DNA of 64,000 nt from Patescibacteria group bacterium (GTDB lineage Bacteria > Patescibacteriota > Patescibacteriia > SG8-24), in the NCBI GenBank assembly GCA_028714475.1, contig JAQTNC010000001.1:86678-150677 (forward strand). The letters run 5' to 3'. This document shows positions 1 to 10,479 of the stretch, piece by piece. Each line of letters begins with the position of its first letter. The first letter of the stretch is position 1. A model generated the notes under the pieces. The model ran no database searches, was not told the DNA's origin, and saw only the letters and a list, made by a program, of their open reading frames with translations. A program made the position numbers and the translations under genes.

Positions 1-14
1 GGCACGTTTTTTTA

Positions 15-140
15 AGTTGAAAAGTTGGAAACTATAAAGTGGAGAGAGGGTTGGAAAGTCACAAAGTAAAAAAGTATAAAATTGAAGAAAGACGGTCAAG
101 CTTTCCACTTTACACTTTACACTTTTTCACTTTCCACTCC
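15..140. repeat. Degenerate 7-8 nt tandem repeats in inverted arrangement (aaagt.. / ..cttt)
   Basis: aaagttgaaaagttggaaa...aaagtaaaaaagtataaaa followed by ctttccactttacactttacactttttcactttcca. Confidence 0.6.
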
Positions 141-146
141 CCAACC

Positions 147-542
147 TCAATGCCCATGCCCGCAACTGCCACCGGAGCAACCGCCGAAATGTTCCTGCAG
201 ACGTTCGCGGATTTTGTCCGAGTCAACCTGGCCGATCTTGGTGTCGTATCCTTTCACCGCTTCCTTGAGGAACCAGTCGGCGTAAGCAGCAAACGTCTCG
301 CGACGATTCGCCCAGATGTCCTCGACGTACAGGCGCGCGGCGAAACCAACGAGCATATCAAGAATCTTGCTTAGTCGCGCCGCGTCCGCGGGCTTGAGTC
401 CGCGCCGCTTGGCCAAAGCCGCTTCGACGGCCGGTTTCATCGCCGCCTTGGTCTTCACGAACGAGTCGGAGTCATTGAGCAGCAACAAGAGCCATTGGTC
501 CTTGGTCATCTTCGCGGATTTCTTCTTGGGTTTGATAGGCAT
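147..542 (-). CDS. Hypothetical protein with C-terminal Gly/Cys/His tail
   Basis: ORF 147..596, probable start MPIKPKKK at 542; ends GGCSGGSCGHGH. Confidence 0.65.
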   Translation of the reverse strand: MPIKPKKKSAKMTKDQWLLLLLNDSDSFVKTKAAMKPAVEAALAKRRGLKPADAARLSKILDMLVGFAARLYVEDIWANRRETFAAYADWFLKEAVKGYDTKIGQVDSDKIRERLQEHFGGCSGGSCGHGH

Positions 543-667
543 AATTTTCCGGTTAACTTGCATGGTCAGGATGACGGAAAATAGCTGCGGCGTCAACCTC
601 TCGCCCCGCCGTCAAAAAACAAACCCGGCCGCAAGGGCGGTCGGGCGGGCAATGACGGACGAGGCCG

Positions 668-1015
668 TCAGTCGCGCAGACGGGGGTCGCTCATGACCTC
701 GTCGATGATCTGGGTGACGTCCTCACGGATGGGGCTGGGCACGTTCATCTCGAAGAGTGTGGGAATCGCGGAGCGTTCGGTGCCGGTGAGTGGCCTCGTG
801 CGCCGGATAATCCCGTCCGTCCACTCGAACGCGTCGTGCCAACGGTTAGTGAAGGAGACGAGGGCGTTGGTGACCACCTCCACGTAAACCCAGTCCGGCG
901 ATTCGGCGTACTTCCGCTGCACGCGCGTCTTGATTTCGTTCAGCTGGCGGATGGACACCCGATTGGCATCCTGGAGGATAAAGAGCACGAGGGCGTCGAC
1001 TTCGATTGTTATCAT
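668..1015 (-). CDS. Hypothetical (orphan) protein
   Basis: Start MITIEV preceded by purine-rich aagaaagggaaagac. Confidence 0.6.
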   Translation of the reverse strand: MITIEVDALVLFILQDANRVSIRQLNEIKTRVQRKYAESPDWVYVEVVTNALVSFTNRWHDAFEWTDGIIRRTRPLTGTERSAIPTLFEMNVPSPIREDVTQIIDEVMSDPRLRD

Positions 1016-1208
1016 GTCTTTCCCTTTCTTGGGGAAGAGGACTCCTGGCGGGACATTACCGCCGGCGGGTGGGGCTGTCAAACGGCATCGCCCTTTTAGG
1101 TGCGTGGTACAAAAGTGCCACTCCTGGCCCCGAAATCTTGGCTAAAAATCGAAAACCCGCCTCGCGGCGGGTCTTCTTAATAGCTAACCAACTTTATAGC
1201 CCATCAGC

Positions 1209-2474
1209 TTATCCTTCCAGCTCAATCTCCATCAGCCGGTTGTACTTCTCCAACCGCTCGCTGCGGGCGAGAGACCCGGTCTTGATGAACTCCGCGCCGA
1301 CGGCGACGGCCAGATCCGCGATGAAGGTGTCGGCCGTCTCGCCGGAACGGTGCGAGATAGCAAGCTTGTAACCGTGCTCGCGCGCGAGGGCGATGGTGTC
1401 CATCGTTTCCGAAAGCGAGCCAATCTGATTGACCTTGATGAGGATGGCGTTACCGACGCCGCGCTTGATGCCCTGGTCGAGGATTTTCGCGTTCGTGACG
1501 AAGATGTCGTCGCCAACAAGCGCCAGCTTCTTGCCGAGCTTCTTGGTGAGCGCTTCCCAATTGTCCCAGTCAAGCTCCGATAGACCGTCCTCGATGGTCA
1601 TAATCGGATACTTGGCCAGCCATTTCTCGTAGAGCCGAATCATCTCCGTGGAGGACAGCTCGCGCTTCTCGCATTTCAGCTGATAGACGCCGCGCGCCTT
1701 GTCGTAGAACTCCGAAGCGGCCACGTCCATGCCGACCATCACGTCACGCCCCGGGGCGTAGCCCGACGATTCGATGGCATCGAGGATGAGCTTGAAAGCC
1801 TCCTCGTTCGACGGCAGGCGCGGCGCGTACCCGCCCTCGTCGCCGACGCCCGTCGAAAAGCCCTTGTTCTTGAGGATTTTCCCCAACGCGTGATAGACCT
1901 CACTGCCACAACGGACGCGCTCGCGGAAGAGCTTTTGCTTCGGGATGATGATGCATTCCTGAAAATCGATGGTCCAGTCCGCATGTGCCCCGCCGTTCAG
2001 GATGTTCATCATCGGGAGCGGCATCGGCGTGCCCTTGACCGTGAGGTCGTAAGCCTGGCGAATCCACTGGTAGAGCGGCACGTCCTTGCGCGCGGCCGCG
2101 GCGCGTGCCGCCGCGAGCGACACGCCGAGGATGGCGTTCGCGCCGAGCTTGGTCTTGTTCTCCGTGCCGTCGAGGTCGAGCATGACCTCGTCCAGACGGC
2201 GCTGTTTCGTCACGTCCATGCCGCGCAGCTTGGGGGCAATAATATTGTTGACGTTGGCCACCGCCTTCAGGACGCCCTTGCCGCCGTAGCGCTTCTTGTC
2301 GCCGTCACGCAACTCCAAGGCCTCCCGCGTGCCGGTCGAGGCGCCGGACGGAACCGAAGCGGAGGCGCGGATGTCGCCTTCCAGTTCCATGTCCACCGCC
2401 ACCGTCGGGTTGCCACGGGAGTCGAGAATTTCTCTCGCCTTGATGTTCTTGATTTTTGTTCCCATAGTTTTCAT
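1209..2474 (-). CDS. eno: Enolase (phosphopyruvate hydratase)
   Basis: REILDSRGNPTV, VPSGASTG, GDEGG, LIKVNQIGSLSE, SHRSGET, IKTGS motifs; alternative start 2465. Confidence 0.99.
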   Translation of the reverse strand: MKTMGTKIKNIKAREILDSRGNPTVAVDMELEGDIRASASVPSGASTGTREALELRDGDKKRYGGKGVLKAVANVNNIIAPKLRGMDVTKQRRLDEVMLDLDGTENKTKLGANAILGVSLAAARAAAARKDVPLYQWIRQAYDLTVKGTPMPLPMMNILNGGAHADWTIDFQECIIIPKQKLFRERVRCGSEVYHALGKILKNKGFSTGVGDEGGYAPRLPSNEEAFKLILDAIESSGYAPGRDVMVGMDVAASEFYDKARGVYQLKCEKRELSSTEMIRLYEKWLAKYPIMTIEDGLSELDWDNWEALTKKLGKKLALVGDDIFVTNAKILDQGIKRGVGNAILIKVNQIGSLSETMDTIALAREHGYKLAISHRSGETADTFIADLAVAVGAEFIKTGSLARSERLEKYNRLMEIELEG

Positions 2475-3256
2475 TCAACCTCGTAGGTTACGTTGACATC
2501 AATGACGTATTCCGAACTGCCGGGCTGGATAGTCGGGGCGGGCGCCGCGCCGCCCATGCCCATGTCCAGTGATTTGGCAGCGTATGGCGCGTTGTAGTAA
2601 GGCTCGGAGATGTTCTCGTTGAAGCTGATGACGCGTCTCAGCTTGAGGCCAACCACGTCGGAGAGCGCCTTTGCCTTCTCCTTGGCATTCTCGAGCGCCT
2701 TGACGCGCGCCTGCTGTTTGATGGCTTCCGGTTCGTCCACCGTGAACTCAATGCCGCCGACCTGGTTGACACCGAGTTGTCCGGCGCCGCCGATAATGTC
2801 ACCGATCTTGTCCAGGTTGCGGATCTTCACGCGCAAATCCTGACTGACCTGGTAGCCGCGCAGGGTTTGCTTGCCGTTGTTCCAGTCATATTGAGGCGAG
2901 ATGGAATAATTGGCCGTTTGCACGTCGGCTTTTTTCACGTCAGCGGCAGCCAACAGATCATTGAGCGCGTTCATAATGCGCGTGTTTTCCTTCTGGGCGG
3001 CCGATACCGTCGACTTCTCGATGACCGTGCCGAGCTGGATGTTGGCGATGTCCGGCTGGGTCGTGACACGTCCCTCGCCCATCATGGTGATGGTGTTGCG
3101 CTCGATCGGCACGCCGATGAACTTGTATTCGCGCGCCGCGTTCCTGGCCTTGAGCCCGAGCCAAGCGGCAAGCGAAAGAAGAACGATGCCGACGATGACG
3201 GCCATGACGACGCATTTCTTTCCGCCGCAGCAACTGGGTTTGAGTGGGTTGTCCAT
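2471..3256 (-). CDS. SIMPL/DUF541 domain protein with N-terminal TM helix
   Basis: ITMMGEGRVTTQPD, YSISPQYDW, ALENAKEKAKAL, IQPGS...VNVTYEV. Confidence 0.9.
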   Translation of the reverse strand: MDNPLKPSCCGGKKCVVMAVIVGIVLLSLAAWLGLKARNAAREYKFIGVPIERNTITMMGEGRVTTQPDIANIQLGTVIEKSTVSAAQKENTRIMNALNDLLAAADVKKADVQTANYSISPQYDWNNGKQTLRGYQVSQDLRVKIRNLDKIGDIIGGAGQLGVNQVGGIEFTVDEPEAIKQQARVKALENAKEKAKALSDVVGLKLRRVISFNENISEPYYNAPYAAKSLDMGMGGAAPAPTIQPGSSEYVIDVNVTYEVE

Positions 3257-3276
3257 ATTGTTTCCAAATTGAATCT

Positions 3277-3305
3277 GTAGCGGCGAGACCCTGTCTCGCC
3301 CCACC
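3277..3305 (+). repeat. GTAG-type REP element
   Basis: gtagcggcgagaccctgtctcgccccacc; related copies at 8472, 8521, 12709, 14963, 14997, 39275, 56561. Confidence 0.75.
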
Positions 3306-3431
3306 TATATTAATGAAGGTATTTTACCACTTTTCGCCCCCGAACGCACTTCTGCGGTAAAGTTAGCCTGATTATCATACTAAAGACAGCTCCGTGACGA
3401 GAGCCGTCTTTGGCGTTTATTGGTTCGGGAT

Positions 3432-4622
3432 TCACTTCCTCATCAGCGCCTTGATGCCCGGGAGCGGCTTGCCGGAGAGGTATTCAAGCATCGCTCCCCC
3501 GCCGGTCGAGATGTGGTCAACCCACTCGGCCATGCCGGTGCGCTCGACGGCCGCGATGGTCTCGCCGCCGCCGACCACGCCGAACGCACGCCCCTTGGAG
3601 CGCGCCGCTATGATGCGGCCGAGGGCGACCGTGCCGTGGGCGAACTTCGGCACCTCAAACAAACCGAGCGGCCCGTTCCAGACGATGGTCTGCGCCGACT
3701 TGATGAAGGCCGCGTAATCGCCAATCGACAGCGCGCCGATGTCGAGGATATACTCGTTCGGCTTGACCTCGGCGACCGGGCAATACCGCGCCTTGGCCTT
3801 CTCGTCCAAGCCCGTCGCGGCCAAAACGTCGGTCGGCAAGATGAGTTTCTTGTTTTTCAATAATTGCTTCGCCAGCTTCACGTCCTCCTTGTCAATCGGC
3901 GCCTTGCCGGCCGGCAGATCCATCGCCTTGAAGAAGGCGTTGGCCATCGCGCCGCCGATGAGCACCTTGTCCGCGACCGCGAGCATCTTCTTGAGCGTCG
4001 GCAGTTTCGAGGAAATCTTCGCGCCGCCCATGAGCACGATGAACGGCTTCTTCGGTTTCTTGAGCACGCGATCGAGCGAGGCAACTTCCTTTTCGACGAG
4101 CAAGCCGGCGTAAGCGGGCAGGAAATGTGCGACGCCTTCGGTCGAGGCGTGGGCGCGATGACAGGTCGCGAAGGCATCGTTCACGTAGATGTCCGCGAGC
4201 CCTGCCAACCGCTTGGCGAACTTCTTATCGTTCTTCTCCTCTTGCGGGTAATAACGGATGTTCTCGAGCAAGGCGAGTTCGCCGGCACCCAGCTTTGCCA
4301 ACCGCTTTTCAACCTTCTCGCCGTCCTCGAGGCAATCATCAACAAACAGCACCTTCTTGCCCAGAAGTTTGGTGAGATGCTTGGCTACCGGCGCGAGCGA
4401 ATACTTCTCCTCGCATTTCTTTGGCCGGCCAAGGTGCGAGACGGCGATGACTTTCGCGCCGGCTTTCAGAAGATGCTCGATGGTCGGGAGCGAGGCGCGG
4501 ATTTTCGCGTCCTCCTCCGGCCCAATCTTGCCGCCCTTGCCGAGCGGGATGTTGAAATCAACGCGCAGGAGCACGCGCTTGTTCTTGAGGCTTTTCAGCT
4601 TGGCGATGGTGTTGAGAACCAT
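3432..4622 (-). CDS. pgk: Phosphoglycerate kinase
   Basis: RVDFNIP, SHLGRP, LLENIRY, NDAFATCHRAHAS, GGAKISSK, WNGPLG, STGGGA. Confidence 0.99.
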   Translation of the reverse strand: MVLNTIAKLKSLKNKRVLLRVDFNIPLGKGGKIGPEEDAKIRASLPTIEHLLKAGAKVIAVSHLGRPKKCEEKYSLAPVAKHLTKLLGKKVLFVDDCLEDGEKVEKRLAKLGAGELALLENIRYYPQEEKNDKKFAKRLAGLADIYVNDAFATCHRAHASTEGVAHFLPAYAGLLVEKEVASLDRVLKKPKKPFIVLMGGAKISSKLPTLKKMLAVADKVLIGGAMANAFFKAMDLPAGKAPIDKEDVKLAKQLLKNKKLILPTDVLAATGLDEKAKARYCPVAEVKPNEYILDIGALSIGDYAAFIKSAQTIVWNGPLGLFEVPKFAHGTVALGRIIAARSKGRAFGVVGGGETIAAVERTGMAEWVDHISTGGGAMLEYLSGKPLPGIKALMRK

Positions 4623-4690
4623 ATGATCATGATGAAGATTGATGCGGATATCTTAGCATTTTCTCAAATTGGATGCACTCGGCGTCAGCG

Positions 4691-4754
4691 CCCCTCGACT
4701 CCGCTTCGCTCCGCTCGGGTAAGAAATACGTTCTGGCCCGAGCCTGTCGAGGGG
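4691..4754. repeat. Palindromic repeat doublet (CCCTCGAC..GCTCGGG family)
   Basis: cccctcgactccgcttcgctccgctcggg ... cccgagcctgtcgagggg. Confidence 0.8.
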
Positions 4755-4826
4755 CAGAACAACGCGGCTGTCCCGCAAGGATTGCGCAAAAACGCTTTCT
4801 TTGCTATATTGAAGCGGAAATCCCCT

Positions 4827-5348
4827 ATGAAATTCACCAAATCCGCGATTACAACCGCTTTTTTTGCCGCTATCGCCGCCGCGCCCCTTGCCGCGTCCGC
4901 CGTCTGCCCGGTCTGCACCGTGGCCGTGGGCGCCGGTCTCGGCCTCACGCGCTGGTTCGGCGTGGACGACACCGTCACCAGCCTCTGGATCGGCGCCCTC
5001 ATCGTCTCCATGACGGCCTGGACCGTGAACTGGTTGGCCGCGAAAAAACCGCGCTGGCGATTTCCGGCCGACTTCTGGGTCTGGCTCGCCGGTTACGTGG
5101 CCATGGTCTTCGTCCCGCTCTGGTACGAGGGCATCGTCGGGCATCCGCTCAACTCCCTCTGGGGCATGGACAAGGTCCTGCTCGGCTCGGCCATCGGCGG
5201 CGTGGTGTTCGGCGCCATGGCCAAGGCCTATGAAATTATGAAAGCCCGAAACGGCGGCCGCGCCCACTTCCCTTTCCAGAAGGTCGCCATGCCGGTCGCG
5301 CCGCTCTTGGCGTTGAGTTTGGTTTTTTACGTGATTACTAAACATTGA
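4827..5348 (+). CDS. Membrane protein with signal peptide and CxxC motif
   Basis: MKFTKS...ASAVCPVCTVAVGAGLGL, several TM segments, HFPFQKV near C-terminus. Confidence 0.8.
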   Translation: MKFTKSAITTAFFAAIAAAPLAASAVCPVCTVAVGAGLGLTRWFGVDDTVTSLWIGALIVSMTAWTVNWLAAKKPRWRFPADFWVWLAGYVAMVFVPLWYEGIVGHPLNSLWGMDKVLLGSAIGGVVFGAMAKAYEIMKARNGGRAHFPFQKVAMPVAPLLALSLVFYVITKH

Positions 5349-5352
5349 AATA

Positions 5353-5412
5353 CCCCTCGACTCGCTACGCTCGCTCGGGGAATATTTGTTCTTGCCCGAG
5401 CGAAGTCGAGGG
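5353..5412. repeat. Palindromic repeat doublet (CCCTCGAC..GCTCGGG family)
   Basis: cccctcgactcgctacgctcgctcgggg ... cccgagcgaagtcgaggg. Confidence 0.8.
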
Positions 5413-5416
5413 CAAG

Positions 5417-5959
5417 ATGAAAAATATGAACGACGCCGAAAACAAGAAGCTCGACGATCTGCTCGCGCGGTTCGACAAGATGAAGGCCGACAACAAGGCC
5501 GACCTTTCCTCGGATGAGGACCTTTCCATCGCCGTCATGAACCTCGTCTCCATCGAGGAGCACCTGTTCTTCACCGGCGCGAAGATGGAACAGCCGCAGT
5601 ATTACGACCTGCTCGCCGAGGTGCGCGAGACGCGCAAGCAGCTGATGAAGAAGCTCGTGAAGAATCCCGAAGGCGAGGTCTGGTGCATCTCGAAGCACCT
5701 GCTCGCCGCGTCCATGCGCATCATGGAAGTCGGCACGAAAGCGCTCGGTGCCGGCCGCAAGGACCAGGCGCGGGAACTGTTCGAGAAGGCCTACGGCGTC
5801 TATGCCCTGTTCTGGGGGCTCAATCTCGGCGTCGTGAAGGCGGAAGGTGTGAAGGCCATCGACGACAACGCGGTCAACCGCCACGACACGGAAAAGAAGG
5901 GCCTCATGGGCAAGCTCGGCGACCTCGTGAAGAAGGCCATTGATTGCTGCATTGAATAA
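5417..5959 (+). CDS. Helical hypothetical protein ending DCCIE
   Basis: Host-like codon usage; DEDLSIAVMNLVSIEEH, WCISKHLL, DCCIE. Confidence 0.8.
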   Translation: MKNMNDAENKKLDDLLARFDKMKADNKADLSSDEDLSIAVMNLVSIEEHLFFTGAKMEQPQYYDLLAEVRETRKQLMKKLVKNPEGEVWCISKHLLAASMRIMEVGTKALGAGRKDQARELFEKAYGVYALFWGLNLGVVKAEGVKAIDDNAVNRHDTEKKGLMGKLGDLVKKAIDCCIE

Positions 5960-5964
5960 GGTAA

Positions 5965-6021
5965 CCCTTCGACCCTTCGACTCCGCTACGCTCCGCTCAG
6001 GGCAGGCTCCCACGCTCAGGG
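5965..6021. repeat. Nested palindromic repeat (CCCTTCGAC..GCTCAGGG)
   Basis: cccttcga[cccttcgactccgctacgctccgctcaggg]caggctcccacgctcaggg. Confidence 0.75.
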
Positions 6022-6034
6022 AATAAAAATAATT

Positions 6035-6847
6035 ATGTTCCGCGAAGGCGCACCAAATCCCGAAATGAAGGAAACCAATCCCCTGCAGGCCAAGGTGGAC
6101 CGCGCGTTTGAGCTGGTCGCGTTGAGCGGCTTGTCCGACGAATTTCTCGACGAACGGCGCGATCAGGAGGTGTTTGAGGCGATGGAGTCGCTCTTGGCGG
6201 AACCGATAACAGCAAATTTTGGTGAAGGGTATGAATTGAGTTACGGCGAAAGCTACAGGCTGAAACACGCGGATAATGCGACCCTGGCGCGCCGCGAATC
6301 GCACAACACCAGGGGCGAGTTCGAGCCAACGGAATCCTTGATGGTGATCTGGGGCTACGAGCTGGACCTTCCCTCGGGCCGGCTCCAGATCAACTATTCG
6401 GTGTTCGGCAAAGACCGCGATTCGGACGGATGGGACAGGTGGTTGTATAAGGTGCCGGTGCTCGAAAATCAAGAAAGGGCTTTTGTCGCGTCGCCTGACG
6501 CCATCAGGAAAATCTACGAACGCCTGGAAGCGGAACACGCCGAGAGGGTCGAGAAATACGAAGCCGAGGCCGACGAATACGAAAAGGCGGCCGCCTGGGT
6601 CACGCAAAACGCCAAAAAGAAATTCCGCGCCGACGACCCCCTTCCGGACGCCCTTTCGAAGTGGCACTGGTATATCGAAGGGAAAACCTGGTCAGCTGAA
6701 TTTGACACCAGGCCAAGCCATGAGGGAGAGATTAACATCAATATCTGGAACGATCACGCGGAATCAGTTGACGACATCTGGGGTATTCCCGAACCCCTTC
6801 TGCCCGAACGCCGGTATCCGCCGAGACCGGAATCGCAGAAAAAATGA
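6035..6847 (+). CDS. Hypothetical acidic protein
   Basis: 270 aa ORF, AT-rich upstream, hairpin after stop. Confidence 0.7.
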   Translation: MFREGAPNPEMKETNPLQAKVDRAFELVALSGLSDEFLDERRDQEVFEAMESLLAEPITANFGEGYELSYGESYRLKHADNATLARRESHNTRGEFEPTESLMVIWGYELDLPSGRLQINYSVFGKDRDSDGWDRWLYKVPVLENQERAFVASPDAIRKIYERLEAEHAERVEKYEAEADEYEKAAAWVTQNAKKKFRADDPLPDALSKWHWYIEGKTWSAEFDTRPSHEGEININIWNDHAESVDDIWGIPEPLLPERRYPPRPESQKK

Positions 6848-6978
6848 TTATTCACGAAAACGCCGACCGCGAGGCCGGCTTTTCATTACTAAAACGATCC
6901 GTCCCGACAGGCGGACGGATCGTTGTCCCAAGCCGAGGGCCGGCTTGGAAATGTCTGGCGAGGCCGAGCAGCGTTGGT

Positions 6979-7374
6979 TCACCACCACGGAACGATGATG
7001 ACGTCGTCGGGGCCGACCGTACTCGGCCATTGTCCCCAACTTTTTTGCCAACAGCTATAGTGGGCGCTCCAATATAGGCATTCCACTGTCTGACCCCTCA
7101 TGTAGTCAGGTTGCACGGTCTCGGCAAAGATGATGCGGTACTTCCTCCACCAGATCGGCAGGCGCCATGAACTGGTCAGCCACTGGTTGCGGCGATTTTC
7201 GGGAACCGCCCGCTTGGGTGACCGAGCCGCCAGCTCCTCCAGGCTGTGTGTGTAGTCCCTCTGCCCTTTGGGCAGCTGGATGACGCGGCCGTGGCGCATG
7301 AACGGGAACAGCACGATGCCAATGAACCAACCGATGATCCAGTCGTAGAAAGCCACTTCCCAATCTTTTTTCAT
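6979..7374 (-). CDS. Hypothetical Trp-rich (orphan) protein
   Basis: GGAGG upstream of MKKDWEV; TTGACA about 170 nt upstream. Confidence 0.6.
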   Translation of the reverse strand: MKKDWEVAFYDWIIGWFIGIVLFPFMRHGRVIQLPKGQRDYTHSLEELAARSPKRAVPENRRNQWLTSSWRLPIWWRKYRIIFAETVQPDYMRGQTVECLYWSAHYSCWQKSWGQWPSTVGPDDVIIVPWW

Positions 7375-7543
7375 TTCATACCTCCGGAATTCCAACTGCG
7401 GTGTGCGGCTGGATGGACAACGGGAGACCTTGGCCCCGCCCCAGCCGTCGGCAGCCCATCAAAGATGTGCTGCCCACCGCCGAGGCGTAACCAAAGAGCC
7501 GTTGTCAAGGAACACGGCACTTTCGCATGTTTTCGGACGTTTG

Positions 7544-8464
7544 TCAATAGGTCACGTCCAGCACCGAAATCTCCGGTCGGCTGAAGAGGCGGGCGCGGGG
7601 GCCGGACTCGCCGACGCCGGGCGTGATGAAAAGTTGGGTGCGGCCGTAGCGGAACAGGCCTTGGTCGTATTCCTGACCGATGGAGATCGGCAATCGCGCA
7701 ATCGGACCGACGAGCGGCAGGCGGATCTGCCCACCGTGCGTGTGGCCGGCGATGAGCAATTGGACATTGTTGACCTCGGCCGTCCGAACCGCGTCCGGGC
7801 TGTGGGCGACGACGATGCGAAAAGCATTATCCGGCACGCCAGCGAGCGCCTTGTCCCAATCGTCGTGGCCGTATTCCATGTCGTCAATGCCGATGAGCCA
7901 GGTCTGCGGGTGATCCTCGACGACATCCGGCAGCTGAATGGCGCGATTCACGAGGGTCTTCACGCCGACCGAGCCGAGCCGCTCGCGCACCGTGACCGCG
8001 CCGACGCGATAGTCGTAATTGCCGAGCACGGCCCAAACGCCGAGCGGCGCGCGGAAGCCGCGGAATGCGGAAAAGGCCGCCGTGCCGGCTGCGGTTGTGA
8101 CCAGATCGCCGTCCAAGATGATCAAATCAGGTTGCGCGTCGTTAGTCGCGCGAACGACCTTTTCGGCCCAGGCGAGTCCCTTGTACGGGCCGAAATGCAT
8201 GTCGCTCACGATGGCAACGCGCAGATGTGCGCCGGTTTCGCCGAGCGCCACCGGATATTCCTTGACGGTCAGGAAACGCGGCGCGATGAAACTGCCATAC
8301 ACAACCGCGAGCCAGAAGACGACGGCGAGGACGGCGAAGAAAGGCCGCATGGAGCCAAGCGCCAACTTCTTCCTCTTCACCCACAACTCAACAACATAAA
8401 GTGGCACCGCCGCGATGATGACGGCGATGACCGCGTCGAATTGCCAACCAGGGAAGAGGGGCAT
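7544..8464 (-). CDS. Membrane-anchored metallophosphoesterase (YkuE-like)
   Basis: SDMH, GDLV, GNYD (His of GNHD replaced), AHSPD, GHTHGGQ, RPEI. Confidence 0.92.
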   Translation of the reverse strand: MPLFPGWQFDAVIAVIIAAVPLYVVELWVKRKKLALGSMRPFFAVLAVVFWLAVVYGSFIAPRFLTVKEYPVALGETGAHLRVAIVSDMHFGPYKGLAWAEKVVRATNDAQPDLIILDGDLVTTAAGTAAFSAFRGFRAPLGVWAVLGNYDYRVGAVTVRERLGSVGVKTLVNRAIQLPDVVEDHPQTWLIGIDDMEYGHDDWDKALAGVPDNAFRIVVAHSPDAVRTAEVNNVQLLIAGHTHGGQIRLPLVGPIARLPISIGQEYDQGLFRYGRTQLFITPGVGESGPRARLFSRPEISVLDVTY

Positions 8465-8471
8465 GGCTTGC

Positions 8472-8549
8472 GTAGCGGCAGGGTTTACCCCTGCACCACC
8501 ATAATTCAGACTCTTGTTACGGTGGTGGCGGGATAAACCCGCCCGCTAC
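8472..8549. repeat. Inverted GTAG-REP doublet (REPIN-like)
   Basis: gtagcggcagggtttacccctgcaccacc ... ggtggtggcgggataaacccgcccgctac. Confidence 0.75.
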
Positions 8550-8554
8550 AATAT

Positions 8555-9691
<1,137 letters not shown>

Positions 9692-9791
9692 CTATCATTT
9701 CGGCGGGATTTTGCCGAGGCAAACCCGAAAAACGTTATTTGCTTATGACGAGTTTATCCACAGAAACGGAAAAATGCGAGAGATTCGAAGG

Positions 9792-9819
9792 TTGACAATC
9801 GGGTCATTATCGGTAAGAT
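9792..9819 (+). promoter_or_regulatory. Sigma70-type promoter
   Basis: TTGACA-16 nt-TAAGAT upstream of ORF 9850. Confidence 0.55.
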
Positions 9820-9849
9820 GAGGCCGAACAACATCAACTCAAGGAGGCA

Positions 9850-10341
9850 GTGTTGGCCAATAAAAAGAGCCGACCGAGCCCTCCTGGGGCGAAGTCGAAA
9901 AGCAAGAAATGCAAGCGGTCTGACCACACCAAAGAGAAGGCGGAGAAAAAGAAGCCCTCTCCCGGGCGTCGGAAGTATAAGTACGCGCCGGTCTGGGCGC
10001 AAAACGCTTCCAAGCGGCCGAAAAAATGCCGGGGTCATTTCCATGCGTACGGGTGCAGGCCCACAAGGCCGCGCTGTAGAATCATGCGTGAAATGGCTAA
10101 AAGGCTCGGCCTCTACGAAACCTGTTCTTGCGGCGCCTACCACTACGATCATCGCCGGGGTTCAGGCGATTGTGGCCATCCGGAGCGCATCTGGGCGCGC
10201 CGGCTGATTGAAGACATGGCTTTTGCCGAAAGACAGAACGTGATCCTCTCGGAGATGCTGGAGCGCGGTTGTCTCCGGGACGCGGACGAGTCAGGCTTTT
10301 TTCCTGACTTCACGGTGTTAGATCCCGACATCCCCTTCTGA
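9850..10341 (+). CDS. Basic Cys/His-rich protein with acidic DIPF tail
   Basis: AAGGAGG SD; CSCGAYHYDHRRGSGDCGH; ends DPDIPF. Confidence 0.7.
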   Translation: MLANKKSRPSPPGAKSKSKKCKRSDHTKEKAEKKKPSPGRRKYKYAPVWAQNASKRPKKCRGHFHAYGCRPTRPRCRIMREMAKRLGLYETCSCGAYHYDHRRGSGDCGHPERIWARRLIEDMAFAERQNVILSEMLERGCLRDADESGFFPDFTVLDPDIPF

Positions 10342-10479
10342 CGAAGCCGTTCGCACACTGCGAACGGCTTCAGCTTTTGTTCATGGGGCACACACTAAAA
10401 CTCCCCGGCAGTTTTTGAAGAAATACGAAACATAAGAGGGGCGAGCGCCAGACGGCACTCACCCCTCATGTTCGAAGCG

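Noticed and set aside
3864-4826. N-terminal extension of the 494 aa ORF 3864..5348
   Set aside because: It overlaps pgk antisense and a repeat; the plausible start is ATG 4827 with a signal peptide.
4691-6021. Clustered palindromic repeats as a CRISPR array
   Set aside because: Copies are inverted, variable and separated by whole genes; no regular spacers and no cas operon.
9754-9762. Perfect DnaA boxes TTATCCACA (also 50344-50352) as oriC
   Set aside because: Isolated single boxes with no cluster, no AT-rich unwinding element and no dnaA/dnaN nearby.
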